From the NCBI GenBank assembly GCA_041640595.1, contig JBEPZY010000005.1:96001-160000 (forward strand): a stretch of DNA of 64,000 nucleotides, in the 5' to 3' direction. Source of the DNA: Gemmatales bacterium. Its GTDB lineage: Bacteria; Planctomycetota; Planctomycetia; Gemmatales; HRBIN36. Shown here in pieces: positions 19,284-29,747 of this stretch. The notes beneath the pieces were generated by a model, which worked only from the letters and a program-made list of their open reading frames with translations, did no database searches and was not told the origin of the DNA. The position numbers and the translations under genes are program-made. How positions within the stretch are numbered: position 1 is the stretch's first letter; each line of letters begins with the position of its first letter.

Positions 19284-20399
19284 ACCAGGAGCGGCTGGCG
19301 TAAGCCAGCCGTGATGTGGGTAGCGTACTTGCGGATACGAAACGCACATCAGCAACACCATCCGCGCTGACAACCGGGAGCGGCTGGTGTAAGCCAGCCG
19401 TGGGATGGAAACCGACCGTGCCGGGGCGAACATGCTGGGTTCGGAAAAGTCGGTCGCCGTTGCAGACGCGTTTTCCGGTACCACGGCGGGCTGACGCCCG
19501 CCGCTCTTGTGCACGTGCGTTTGTGCATCGCAAATGTCGCATTCCGCACGGAACACACGTCGTGCAACCAGGAGCGGCTGGCGTAAGCCAGCCGTGGGAA
19601 TGGGTAGCGGACTTGCGGATACGAAACGCACATCCGCAACAGCATCCGCGCTCGCAACCAAGAGCGGCTGGTGTAAGCCAGCCGTGGGAATGGGTAGCGG
19701 ACTTGCGGATACGAAACGCACATCAGCAACAGCATCCGCGCTGGCAACCAGGAGCGGCTGGTGTAAGCCAGCCGTGGGACGGTGACCGACCGTGCTGGGG
19801 CGAACGCGCTGGGTCCGGAAAAGTCGGTCGCCGTTGCAGATGCGTTTTCCGGTACCACGGCGGGCTGACGCCCGCCGCTCTTGTTCGTGCGTCGCATCGT
19901 GGTCGAATGGTGGGCGATTTTCGCCGCACTGCGTCCGGTTTACCGACCACGGCGGGCTGACGCCCGCCGCTCTTGTGTGCACGTGCGTTTGTGCATCGCA
20001 AATGTCGCATTCCGCACGGAACACACGTCGCGCGACCTGGAGCGGCTGGCGTAAGCCAGCCGTGGTGTGGGTAGCGGACTTGCGGATACGAAACGCACAT
20101 CAGCAACAGCATCCGCGCTGGCAACCAGGAGCGGCTGGCGTAAGCCAGCCGTGGGATGGAAAGCGATCGTGCTGGGGGGAACGCGCTGGGCTCGGAAAAG
20201 TCGGTCGCCGTTGCAGATGCGGTTTCCGGTACCACGGCGGGCTGACGCCCGCCGCTCTTGTTCGTGCGTCGCATCGTGGTCGAATGGTGGGCGATTTTCG
20301 CCGCACTGCGTCCGGTTTACCGACCACGGCGGGCTGACGTCCGCCGCTCTTGTGTGCACGTGCGTTTGTGCATCGCAAATGTCGCATTCCGCACGGAAC
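19284..20399. repeat. REP/BIME-like mosaic cluster 2 (7 forward + 5 reverse palindromes, four recurring linkers)
   Basis: Forward units at ~19288, 19378, 19571, 19661, 19751, 20039, 20128; reverse units at ~19481, 19855, 19947, 20232, 20324. Confidence 0.92.
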
Positions 20400-20417
20400 G
20401 GGCGTGGTGCAACAGGA

Positions 20418-21770
20418 TTACTGGGCCGCTGGAGCGACGGGCAGACGAACAATGAACCGGCTACCGATTCCAGGTTCGCTTTCGACGGCGATGGTTCCTT
20501 CCATCGCCTGAACCAGGTGTTTGACGATGGCCAGCCCTAAACCGCTGCCTCCGGATTGACGCGGTCTGGACTTATCCACGCGATAAAAGCGTTCGAAAAT
20601 ACGGGGCAGATGTTCCGCGGCGATGCCTTCACCCGTGTCTTGAACTTCCAGCCTTACGGTACCGTTCTCTTGAGACCAACGTACCGTAACACTCCCCTGG
20701 TGGGTGTATTTGATGGCGTTATCGAGCAGATTTTCGAGGATGCGGGTCAAAGCCTCGGCGTCAACCCAGGCGGCCACCATTTGCCGAGGCGGTTCGGTGC
20801 TCAGTCGCAATCCCTTCTTTTCAGCGCGGAAGCGATGACGCTCGACCACATCCTGCACCACCTCGGCCAAATCTACCGCTTCGCGGTGCCAGCGCTGCTG
20901 GCCTGCTTCAATCCGTGCCAGATGGAGCATGTCCTGGAACAGCTGATTAAGTCTGTGGGCGTTGTCGAGAATGTGTTGCAGGAAGGTGCGAGCGGCATCC
21001 GGATCGCTGAGGGCATCGGCTTGGAGAGTTTCTGCGGCTGCCTGAATCGCTGCCAGAGGCGTTTTCAACTCATGCGAAACATTGGCAAGAAACTCCCGAC
21101 GATACTCTTGCAGCCGGCGCAGTTCGGTCACCTCCTGCACCGCCACAATCAGGAAATCGGTCTGTGACGGCGATCGGCTGGCAGGAGCGGACGCGGACAG
21201 TACAAGCTCGGCTGATTCGCTGACGCCTGCCGGGGCTGGCGGCGATTCTCTGCTGGTGGCCCGCCAGGCTCGCACCTGGAAACGCAGGATACGTTCCCGC
21301 GGATGATGCAGGGTGACTTCCGCGGTAACCGTGGCTCCCAGGGCCACGTGCTCCAGAGCGTCCAAAAACGGCCGATGCTGCACCAGTTCCCACAGCTTTC
21401 GCCCTAACAGATCTCCGAAAGAAGTCCCCAGCAGCCGGCTGGCACTGCTGTTGGCTGCCAGTACCGTCTGCTGGCCGTCGAGAACGAGCAATCCCTGACC
21501 AACCGTATCGAAAATGTCGAGGAAAATTTCCGGCTCCAGTTCGTGCCAGAAAGAAGTCCTGGAGTAAGACAACCGAGGAGAAACCGGACGCGAAACTAGG
21601 GTGGCATCGGCGGAATATGGCTTTTCGGTTTTGCGGAAAAGCGTGCGACGCGGTCGGCTGCGCCAGTACGCGACCAGCCAACCGACCAGGCTGCCCAGGA
21701 CCACTGCCAGCACTATTTCGACAATCCACGCCACCATGACGATGCTGCCTGGTGCAGGGCTTTCATTCAC
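20418..21770 (-). CDS. PhoR-like sensor histidine kinase (TM, PAS, HisKA, HATPase)
   Basis: FLANVSHELKTPL H-box, NLLDNAIKY, DTGEGI, FERFYRVDKSR, GSGLGL. Confidence 0.92.
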   Translation of the reverse strand: MNESPAPGSIVMVAWIVEIVLAVVLGSLVGWLVAYWRSRPRRTLFRKTEKPYSADATLVSRPVSPRLSYSRTSFWHELEPEIFLDIFDTVGQGLLVLDGQQTVLAANSSASRLLGTSFGDLLGRKLWELVQHRPFLDALEHVALGATVTAEVTLHHPRERILRFQVRAWRATSRESPPAPAGVSESAELVLSASAPASRSPSQTDFLIVAVQEVTELRRLQEYRREFLANVSHELKTPLAAIQAAAETLQADALSDPDAARTFLQHILDNAHRLNQLFQDMLHLARIEAGQQRWHREAVDLAEVVQDVVERHRFRAEKKGLRLSTEPPRQMVAAWVDAEALTRILENLLDNAIKYTHQGSVTVRWSQENGTVRLEVQDTGEGIAAEHLPRIFERFYRVDKSRPRQSGGSGLGLAIVKHLVQAMEGTIAVESEPGIGSRFIVRLPVAPAAQ

Positions 21771-21875
21771 CGAAGCCCTGGGCTATCGGGGCGTTCCCCA
21801 CGGGCAAGATTACGCTCTCGTGGCAGACATTCCTCGCTGGTCAGCCATAGATTGGTGTATAGAGGAGGTGGAGCT

Positions 21876-23711
21876 ATGGAACTGACCGAAAATGCGTTGC
21901 AAGTGCTCCAGGCGCGTTATCTCCGCCGCGATGCGACCGGCCAAATCATCGAGTCGCCTGAGGAATTATTCGCCCGGGTCGCGCGAGCGGTGGCCCAGGC
22001 GGAACTTTATTACGGCTCGGCACGCCAGGCCCGGCAATACGAGGAGGCATTTCTCGAGGCGATGCTTCGCTTGGATTTTCTCCCCAATTCGCCGACGCTG
22101 ATGAATGCCGGTACCCCACTGGGTCAACTCAGCGCCTGTTTCGTGCTCCCGGTGGAAGACAGCATGGAGGCGATTTTCGATTCGCTGAAGCTGATGGCGT
22201 TGATTCAGCAATCGGGAGGCGGGACAGGATTTTCGTTCTCGCGGTTGCGGCCCGAAGGAGATCGGGTGGCTTCCACGGGAGGCTCGGCGTCGGGGCCGGT
22301 GTCGTTCATGCGCATCTTCGATGCCGCCACCGAAAACATCCGCCAGGGCGGCAAACGTCGCGGTGCCAATATGGGTATCCTCCGCGTGGATCATCCGGAC
22401 ATTGAGAAATTCATCGAGGCAAAGCGCGACGGCACGAGTTTCCGCAACTTCAATCTTTCCGTCGGAATTACTGACGCGTTTATGCAAGCGTGGCAGCGGG
22501 GCAGTGATTTTGAGCTGATTCATCCGCGGAGCGGCAGCGTGGTTCGCAAAGTGGCAGCGCGGGCGCTTTTCGAGCGCATTTGCGAAGCTGCCTGGCAAAC
22601 CGGCGATCCCGGACTGGTTTTTCTCGACACCATCAACCGCATGCAACCAACGCCCGCACTGGGTCAGATCGAAGCCACCAACCCCTGCGGCGAAGTACCG
22701 CTTTTACCGTATGAAGCCTGCAATCTGGCCAGCATCAATCTCAGCCACACGGTGCGGCAGTCGGCTGACGGGCGGTACAGTCTCGACTGGGACAGGCTGG
22801 GCGAGCTGGCACGGCTGGTCACGCGCTTCCTCGACGATGTCATTGACGTCAGCCGTTGGCCCGATGCACGCATTGCCGCGATGGTGCGGGGCAACCGCAA
22901 GATCGGTTTGGGAGTGATGGGCTTTGCCGAACTGTTGATTTTGCTGGAAATTCCTTACGGTTCCGATGAGGCCGTGCGGGTGGCAGAACAGATCGCTGCT
23001 TATTTGGACGAGGAATCGTTGCGGATGTCGCAACAACTGGCCCAGGAACGCGGTGTATTTCCCAACTGGCCCCGCAGTCGCCATGCGGAACACGGACTCC
23101 GCGTGCGCAATGCCACACGGACTTCCATTGCCCCGACCGGTACACTGAGCATCATTGCCGGTACGTCCGCCAGCATCGAGCCACTTTTCGCCCTGGCCTA
23201 TCGCCGGCAGGGTGTACTTGGCGGCAAAACCCTGGTCGAACTCAATCCGCTTTTCCTTCGCTATGTCAAGCAGAAAGGGTTTTATTCGCCGCAACTGGAG
23301 GAGCATCTGCTTCGCTCTGGTACGTTGCGTGGTTTTCCTTGCGGAGATACTGGAGCCCCACGCCGAGCCGAGACCGGTCAACCCGAATCGCTGGTACCGC
23401 TACCGGAGTCCATCTGCCGATTGTTCCGTACCGCTCTGGAATTGACTCCGGAAGAACATCTCCGCATCCAGATTGCCTTTCAAAAGCACGTGGACAATGC
23501 TGTCTCCAAAACCATCAACCTTCCGGAGTCGGCTACGCCGGAAGACATTGCGAACATTTATTGCCAGGCATACGAAGCCGGGTTGAAGGGGATAACCGTT
23601 TTCCGCTACGGCAGTAAAGGCGAACAGGTGCTGGTTCTGGGCACGGCCGAACAACCTCACGAACGCGAACATTACTCCCGCTGCGATCCGGAAGCCTGCC
23701 GCATCGCTTAA
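21876..23711 (+). CDS. nrdJ: Adenosylcobalamin-dependent (class II) ribonucleotide reductase
   Basis: FLPNSPTLMNAG, QLSACFV, GGGTGF, RRGANM, ATNPCGE, SIAPTGT, DNAVSKTIN, KGITVFR; GAGGAGG RBS. Confidence 0.93.
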   Translation: MELTENALQVLQARYLRRDATGQIIESPEELFARVARAVAQAELYYGSARQARQYEEAFLEAMLRLDFLPNSPTLMNAGTPLGQLSACFVLPVEDSMEAIFDSLKLMALIQQSGGGTGFSFSRLRPEGDRVASTGGSASGPVSFMRIFDAATENIRQGGKRRGANMGILRVDHPDIEKFIEAKRDGTSFRNFNLSVGITDAFMQAWQRGSDFELIHPRSGSVVRKVAARALFERICEAAWQTGDPGLVFLDTINRMQPTPALGQIEATNPCGEVPLLPYEACNLASINLSHTVRQSADGRYSLDWDRLGELARLVTRFLDDVIDVSRWPDARIAAMVRGNRKIGLGVMGFAELLILLEIPYGSDEAVRVAEQIAAYLDEESLRMSQQLAQERGVFPNWPRSRHAEHGLRVRNATRTSIAPTGTLSIIAGTSASIEPLFALAYRRQGVLGGKTLVELNPLFLRYVKQKGFYSPQLEEHLLRSGTLRGFPCGDTGAPRRAETGQPESLVPLPESICRLFRTALELTPEEHLRIQIAFQKHVDNAVSKTINLPESATPEDIANIYCQAYEAGLKGITVFRYGSKGEQVLVLGTAEQPHEREHYSRCDPEACRIA

Positions 23712-23895
23712 CGCGATCTGCGTGCACTTGTCGAGTTATTGGATGCGGTATGGAGGCCAATCTCATTTCCCGGCTCCGGCAATGCTGCCGTCAACCGTCA
23801 GTGAAAGCGGCAGCAGGGGCGACGCCCATCAGCGCGAGAACGGGAGCGGTGGACAAACGTCGCACGCATTTTTCGACAACTACCGCGCGGACAAT

Positions 23896-24123
23896 CAAGA
23901 GCGGCGGGCGTCAGCCCGCCGTGGGTCGGTAAGCCGAACGCGCTGCGGCGAAAATCGCCCACCGTTCGACCACGATGCGACCGACCAGCAAGAGCGGCGG
24001 GCGTCAGCCCGCCGTGGTGCCGGAAACCGCATCTGCAACGGCGACCGACTTTTCCGAACCCAGCACGTTCCCCCCGCACGGTCGCCTTTCGTACCACGGC
24101 TGGCTTACGCCAGCCGCTCTTGG
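23896..24123. repeat. REP/BIME-like cluster 3 (inverted copy of a cluster-2 module)
   Basis: Reverse complement of the 20128-20351 arrangement (same palindromes and linkers) between convergent genes. Confidence 0.88.
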
Positions 24124-24142
24124 TTGCCATGACGAACGAAGT

Positions 24143-25267
24143 TCACGGGGAGCGGACGCAACGGAAACCGACGTGCTGATGGCTGCTACGGGGGTCGCCT
24201 TTGCCGCGACCGGCAGGCATGTAACGAATGCAGTACTGGTCGCTGCACATAAACGAACCGCCCCGCTGCACGCGCTTGGGGATGCCGGGTTCCCGCGGGT
24301 CGAAGCTATCCTCCGGGCCTTGCGGATTGCGACGCGGACAAATCTGGTAAGCGTCGGGGCGGTACCAGTCGTGGCACCATTCCCAGACGTTGCCGGCCAT
24401 GTCGTAAAGACCGAATCCGTTGGGCGGATATGAGGCTACCGGAGCCGTGGTTACGTAGCCGTCTTCGGCGGTGTTGTGCGTGGGGAACTCCCCTTGCCAG
24501 ATGTTAGCCAGCCAGCGGCCACCGGGTTTGAGTTCATCGCCCCAGACATACGGCTTCCGATCCAGTCCGCCACGAGCGGCAAACTCCCATTCCGCTTCGG
24601 TGGGTAATCGTTTGCCCGCCCACTTGGCGTAAGCGACGGCATCTTCCCAGGAGACATGCACCACCGGATGATTCTCCTTGCCGACAATGCTGGAGCCTGG
24701 CCCTTCCGGATGACGCCAGTTGGCGCCGGGAACATATTCCCACCACTGCAGCACGTTGTCCAAACCGTGTACCTGTTTGGGCTGCCGAAAACAGATCGAG
24801 CCGGGGACCAGTTTCTCCGGCGGAGCATTGGGAAACTCCTCACGGCTGGGCATGCGTTCGGCGGTGGTAACGTAACCGGTTTCTTCCACGAATTTCGCAA
24901 ATTGAGCGTTGGTTACTTCCGTTTTGTCCATCCAGAAGCCGTCCACGTAAACCAGCTTGGGCGGGTAAGCGTCGGGGAAAAGGTCTTCGCGATCCGTACC
25001 CATCCAGAACCAGCCTCCGGGAATCCAGACCATTCCCTCTGGTGCAGGACCCGGCGGTGGCGTGTTGTTGATTCGCGGGCCGTCGGGCACGCCGAAATAC
25101 TCCGTCGCGTAGAACGAAAGTGCCAGCATCACCAGTCCCGGCACCACGACGAAAGCCACCGCCAGCCACCAGAAACGCGACCATCCCCGTCGCTGGGTCG
25201 CTGCCGGGGACTGTTTGCCGGTTTCGCCTGTCCGTTCGGTCAAGTGCTCCCGTTTTCGTCGGGACAT
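24143..25267 (-). CDS. Formylglycine-generating enzyme family (FGE-sulfatase domain) protein
   Basis: FWMDKTEVTNAQF, HPVVHVSWEDA, RLPTEAEWEFAARGG, DMAGNVWEW, RGGSFMCSDQYCIRY, GFRC. Confidence 0.93.
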   Translation of the reverse strand: MSRRKREHLTERTGETGKQSPAATQRRGWSRFWWLAVAFVVVPGLVMLALSFYATEYFGVPDGPRINNTPPPGPAPEGMVWIPGGWFWMGTDREDLFPDAYPPKLVYVDGFWMDKTEVTNAQFAKFVEETGYVTTAERMPSREEFPNAPPEKLVPGSICFRQPKQVHGLDNVLQWWEYVPGANWRHPEGPGSSIVGKENHPVVHVSWEDAVAYAKWAGKRLPTEAEWEFAARGGLDRKPYVWGDELKPGGRWLANIWQGEFPTHNTAEDGYVTTAPVASYPPNGFGLYDMAGNVWEWCHDWYRPDAYQICPRRNPQGPEDSFDPREPGIPKRVQRGGSFMCSDQYCIRYMPAGRGKGDPRSSHQHVGFRCVRSP

Positions 25268-25355
25268 TTGGAGGAATCCGGATTGCCAGTGTCGGACAAG
25301 ATCACGGTTGGTTCGGCCTGCTCAGGTTTCCATCGGGCTGAGACGGGCGGGTGGT

Positions 25356-26699
25356 TCAAGCGGTGTCCACCAGTTTATGGCGTTGCCCGATGGATGTACC
25401 GCCATGTTCCTGCTTTTGCGAAGTTGCAGCATCCGGGGATTTCTCGAAAGGCTCCGGGTCATTTCCCGAGGTGACCGTCTGGGGCAAACCGTGCAGGGCA
25501 TGCCACGAGGGAAACCAGTGGGCAGCCAATCGCCTGATCCAGCCAGGCGTTCGCATTTCCATGCCCATCAGATTGCCCCAGGCCTCCCAGCCGGGCACAT
25601 GCAAACAAATGGCCCGCAGACCGGCCATCAACGGTACCGCCAGGAATAAGCCGACTTCTCCCCAGACCACCCACCAGAACATGCACGCCAGCAACACCGT
25701 GGTGGCATTGAGCTGAACGTTGCGGCCAATAACCAGCGGAAAGATCACGTACCCCTCCACGATCAGCACCACCAGATACACCACCACCACCAGGCTTGCC
25801 GAACCAAATCCCTGGGCAATGAACGCTTCCACAACCGGCGGGATGCCTGCCAGGATTGGCCCCAGGTAAGGAACGAAGGTCAGAATCCCGGCCAGCACTG
25901 CCCAGGTCCAGCCCTGCTTGAGTCCCAGTTGCGTGAAAAACACGCCCAGAAAGATCGCCATGCCGACGTTGATCAGGGTCCGCCAGACAATGTAGGAGCG
26001 GACTGCGAACGCCATCTGCTGCAGGGCTTCGATCGCCGCTCGCGCATGCGGGCCAGTCAACGGGCCGAATATCTCTCCGAACCGCCGAATCAACATGTCT
26101 CCTTCCACAGACAGGAACAACACCAGAAACAGCACCAGCACCACGTTTTCTCCGGTCGTCCACAGATAAATGGGCAGGTTGTCGGTTTGCGTTTTGACGA
26201 ACTGGTCGAAGTGCTTGAAGAAGACGGAATCCTCCACTTTGGGAGGCAGGATGTGGTCGGCGAACTCCGGACTGATCGCCTGCATATTTTTGCGGAGGAT
26301 TTGATACACGCGAACCTGCTGATCGTAGGTTTGTGGCAACTCCTGCACCAGTTGTTGAATGGCGGTCAACGCCCACAACGCGAAGCCCAGGACCAGGGTC
26401 ACGAAAGCGGTGAGGACCAGTGTTCCAGCCAGGACGCGAGGCAACTTCCAGCGCTGGTGCAGATGTTGCACCATCGGCCAGAAGACCGTGGCCAGCATCA
26501 ACGAAATTACCAGCGGCAGAAAAAGCGCCCGCCCGAAATAAAGCCCGGCTGCAATCCCCAACAGTGCCAGCGCTGCGATACCCGCACGGACGGTGAAGTT
26601 ATTTTCGTGCACGGCCTGTGATTCCAAATAACGGCCAGCGTCGGGCTGACCGTACTGGTTTTCAATTGGCCAGGGCTGCCCGCCCGTTGCAGGCGTCAT
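25356..26699 (-). CDS. AI-2E family transporter
   Basis: Multi-TM; FVPYLGP, EGYVIFPLVIGRNVQLNA, WGEVGLFLAVPL. Confidence 0.88.
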   Translation of the reverse strand: MTPATGGQPWPIENQYGQPDAGRYLESQAVHENNFTVRAGIAALALLGIAAGLYFGRALFLPLVISLMLATVFWPMVQHLHQRWKLPRVLAGTLVLTAFVTLVLGFALWALTAIQQLVQELPQTYDQQVRVYQILRKNMQAISPEFADHILPPKVEDSVFFKHFDQFVKTQTDNLPIYLWTTGENVVLVLFLVLFLSVEGDMLIRRFGEIFGPLTGPHARAAIEALQQMAFAVRSYIVWRTLINVGMAIFLGVFFTQLGLKQGWTWAVLAGILTFVPYLGPILAGIPPVVEAFIAQGFGSASLVVVVYLVVLIVEGYVIFPLVIGRNVQLNATTVLLACMFWWVVWGEVGLFLAVPLMAGLRAICLHVPGWEAWGNLMGMEMRTPGWIRRLAAHWFPSWHALHGLPQTVTSGNDPEPFEKSPDAATSQKQEHGGTSIGQRHKLVDTA

Positions 26700-26938
26700 G
26701 GGCAGCCGATCGGTTTACCCTCCCCTTGGTGCGCACGTTTCCCCTTCTAAAATCTATTCTGGCATGGACTCGAATCCAAGGGGCCACTGTCGGGAAAGAA
26801 AGTGGTCTGGCTGAGCTGGGTGGTAGCGTTGCTGCTGGCCGGGATCATTATCGCAGTGGTAGTCTGGCCACCCCGGACTCCGCGCGACGGTACCCCTCCG
26901 TCATAACCCCAGCCACTGGCTAATCTCTGAGGAGAACT

Positions 26939-28018
26939 ATGCACGAACTCGATTTCCTTGCGCTGGCACGGCGGGTCATCCGCGGCGGGGAAGTGACCGC
27001 GGAGGAACTTGACCAGCTTTTCCGCGTCGAAGGCGAAGCAATTTACGATCTCATGTACGCTGCCCATAAGGTGCGGGTGCATTTTCACGGCAACCGCGTA
27101 ACCTTTTGCAGCATCATTCCCAGCAAATTCGGCAAATGCAGCGAGGATTGTAAGTTCTGCGCTCAGAGCATCTACTGGAACACGGGCATCACTCCGCATC
27201 CCATGATGGATGCTGAGACCGTGAAAAAGGCCTGTCTCGATGCCAAGAAAAACGGAGCGAGTGCTTTCGGACTGGTCAATTCCGGCCGGGGGCCAACCAA
27301 ACACGATTGGCCGAAAGTCGTCGAAGCCATCAAGGCTATCAAGGAGGTAGATGGCATTTGTCACTGTGCCACCCTCGGAGAGCTCACGCGGGAACAGGCC
27401 CGGGAACTCAAAGCTCTGGGCATTCGGCGTATCAACCACAACATCGAAACCTCGCGCGAGTTTTACCCCAACATCGTTACCACTCATACTTGGGAGGATC
27501 GCATTCGCACCTTGCAGATTGCCCGCGAGGAAGGACTGGAATTGTGTTGCGGTTGCATCTTCGGCATGGGCGAAAGCATCGAGGACCGCGTCAGTATCGT
27601 GCTGTCATTGCGCAAGATCAATCCCCAGGTGGTGCCGCTGAATTTCCTTTATCCCATTCCCGGCACACCCCTGGAGCACATGGAACCGCTCAAACCGCTG
27701 GAAATCCTCAAGATCATCGCCACCGTGCGTCTGGCCTTACCGCACCCGGACATCAAGATCGGTGGCGGACGGGAAAAGAATCTCCGCGACCTGCAAAGCT
27801 GGATTTTCTACGCCGGTGCGACCAGCGCTATCATCGGCAATTACCTGGCGACCTACGGCCGACCGCATGAGGTAGATTTGCAGATGGTCCGCGACCTAGA
27901 ACTGGAGTGGCATGCCGACCGCGTCGGCGATGCCGATCCTCTGCGGCCGATGCGCTTCTCCTTCGATCTGCCCGAAAACAATCGCCCGGGCCGGATGGCT
28001 CTGGAACTGGTCACCTGA
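26939..28018 (+). CDS. bioB: Biotin synthase
   Basis: CSEDCKFCAQS radical SAM motif, NHNIETS, CCGCIFGMGE, VPLNFL, GNYLAT. Confidence 0.95.
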   Translation: MHELDFLALARRVIRGGEVTAEELDQLFRVEGEAIYDLMYAAHKVRVHFHGNRVTFCSIIPSKFGKCSEDCKFCAQSIYWNTGITPHPMMDAETVKKACLDAKKNGASAFGLVNSGRGPTKHDWPKVVEAIKAIKEVDGICHCATLGELTREQARELKALGIRRINHNIETSREFYPNIVTTHTWEDRIRTLQIAREEGLELCCGCIFGMGESIEDRVSIVLSLRKINPQVVPLNFLYPIPGTPLEHMEPLKPLEILKIIATVRLALPHPDIKIGGGREKNLRDLQSWIFYAGATSAIIGNYLATYGRPHEVDLQMVRDLELEWHADRVGDADPLRPMRFSFDLPENNRPGRMALELVT

Positions 28019-28046
28019 CACGACGCCCTTCGCCGGGAGGTTTGCC

Positions 28047-28403
28047 GTGCCCACGACATTCTTGTGTCCGCATTGCGAGGCGAAATTGCAAAGCGCCAAT
28101 CCCCAGATCGAAGGCAAGCGGGTTCGCTGCGCCAAATGTAACTCCACGTTTAGGGTAACGGCGGGACTGATTGTCCGCGATACGCCGGCCCGTGCGGTTG
28201 CCGACGATTCTTCCGAAGGGTCGGATGAACCCGGTGCAAAACCCGCCAGCCCACGGGGCAAGAAATCGAAGAAGGGCACGAAGTCTTCATCCACGGCCAT
28301 CTACTGGGCTCGCAACATCATCGCTCTCGTTTTGCTCATCGGTATCGTTACCGCGACGGTGATCATTCTCATCAACAAGGGCTGGATCAACGTCGGTGAA
28401 TAA
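28047..28403 (+). CDS. Zinc-ribbon (MJ0042-type) membrane protein
   Basis: CPHC..GKRVRCAKC, C-terminal TM helix; GGGAGG before GTG 28047. Confidence 0.75.
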   Translation: MPTTFLCPHCEAKLQSANPQIEGKRVRCAKCNSTFRVTAGLIVRDTPARAVADDSSEGSDEPGAKPASPRGKKSKKGTKSSSTAIYWARNIIALVLLIGIVTATVIILINKGWINVGE

Positions 28404-28427
28404 GGCCAGCGGCGGGCTGGACAGCGT

Positions 28428-29657
28428 ATGCCCTCTTTCGAGTGGTTAGAGCAAAGTTTGCGGGAAGTGCAACAAGCCGGGCTGTACCGGCGCAGGAGAA
28501 AATTGCTCACCGCCCAGGGGGCGCGCGTGCGGATCGGCAGCCGCGAGCTGATCAACTTCGCCTCGAACGATTATCTCAACCTCGCTGCCGATCCGCGAGT
28601 GATTCGGGCAGCGGTCCATGCAGTGCGGCGTTACGGGTGTGGTGCCGGTGCTTCGCCCCTTATCGTGGGTTGGTCGGCACCGCTGCGGTCTCTGGAACGC
28701 GAACTGGCACGCTGGCAGGGAAGCGAGTCGGCTCTGGTTTTTGCCAGCGGATTCGCCGCCAATTTAGGCGTGCTCACTGCCCTTGCCGGGCCGGAAGACG
28801 TGCTCTTCAGCGATGAACTCAACCACGCCAGCTTGATAGACGGTTGCCGATTGGCCAGGTCCCGAGTGCACGTTTACCGTCACGGCGACCTGGATCATTT
28901 GCGGTCACTTCTGGAGGCACACAGCGGACGTCCTGCCTGCGCCAGTTGCGGCCTCACGGTGCGTCGGCGGTTTATCGTTACCGACAGCGTGTTCAGCATG
29001 GATGGCGACTGTGCGCCGCTGGCGGAACTGGTCGAACTGGCCGAACGGTACCAGGCTGTGCTCATTGTGGATGAAGCCCACGCTACAGGCGTTCTGGGAC
29101 CGCAAGGGCGTGGACTGGTTGCGACGCTGCATCGCTGGCCGGGTGCAGGGCTGGTCAAAATCGGTACGCTCAGCAAGGCACTGGGTTCGCAGGGGGGATT
29201 TGTCAGCGGCGAGCGGTCGCTCATCCGATTCCTGGTCAATCGGTCTCGCAGCTACATCTTTTCGACGGCCCTGAACATTGCAGCCGCGGCAGCAGCACGG
29301 CAGGCGTTGCGGATTGTGCAACACGAACCCGAGCGCCGCCAGCACCTGCAACGTCTGGCCTGGCAGTTAAGGCAACGCCTGGCCGAACGCGGACTGTTAG
29401 CCCAGGGCACCTCTCCGCCTGATCCGGAATGGTGCACTCCGATTGTGCCGATCATCATCGGCGAACCTCAGCGGGCTGTGGAAGTCTCTCGCGCTTTGAT
29501 GCAGCGTGGTTTTCTGGTGCCGGCGATTCGTCCGCCTTCCGTGCCGCCGGGCACATCCCGTTTGCGTATCAGTCTGACCGCTGGCCACACTGAGCAGCAG
29601 GTTGAAACTCTCGTCGAGAGTCTTGCGTCCTTGCTAAACAAGATGGGCGTCTGCTGA
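28428..29657 (+). CDS. bioF: 8-amino-7-oxononanoate synthase
   Basis: NFASNDYL, SDELNHASLIDG, DSVFSMDGD, VDEAHA, GTLSKALG, AIRPPSVP. Confidence 0.93.
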   Translation: MPSFEWLEQSLREVQQAGLYRRRRKLLTAQGARVRIGSRELINFASNDYLNLAADPRVIRAAVHAVRRYGCGAGASPLIVGWSAPLRSLERELARWQGSESALVFASGFAANLGVLTALAGPEDVLFSDELNHASLIDGCRLARSRVHVYRHGDLDHLRSLLEAHSGRPACASCGLTVRRRFIVTDSVFSMDGDCAPLAELVELAERYQAVLIVDEAHATGVLGPQGRGLVATLHRWPGAGLVKIGTLSKALGSQGGFVSGERSLIRFLVNRSRSYIFSTALNIAAAAAARQALRIVQHEPERRQHLQRLAWQLRQRLAERGLLAQGTSPPDPEWCTPIVPIIIGEPQRAVEVSRALMQRGFLVPAIRPPSVPPGTSRLRISLTAGHTEQQVETLVESLASLLNKMGVC

Positions 29658-29747
29658 AGCGGGGCAGCAGTCAGGAGCTTTCGGCATCGAAAACGCAGAC
29701 GCCATCGCTACAATGATCGCGGCGCAAGCTAGAGGGAGGCCTGAGCA

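Noticed and set aside
19041..20540. Overlapping repeat-rich ORFs, or a CRISPR call for this cluster
   Set aside because: Repeats alternate in orientation and the linkers recur, which fits a REP mosaic rather than a protein or CRISPR array
21876..23711. Intein or cobalamin riboswitch at nrdJ
   Set aside because: Length and motifs are continuous with no intein signatures; the ~100 bp upstream gap shows no B12-box
26751..26906. Short TM-like reading frame (..KKVVWLSWVVALLLAGIIIAVVVWPP..) before bioB
   Set aside because: No in-frame ATG or clear RBS, so I cannot support it as a gene
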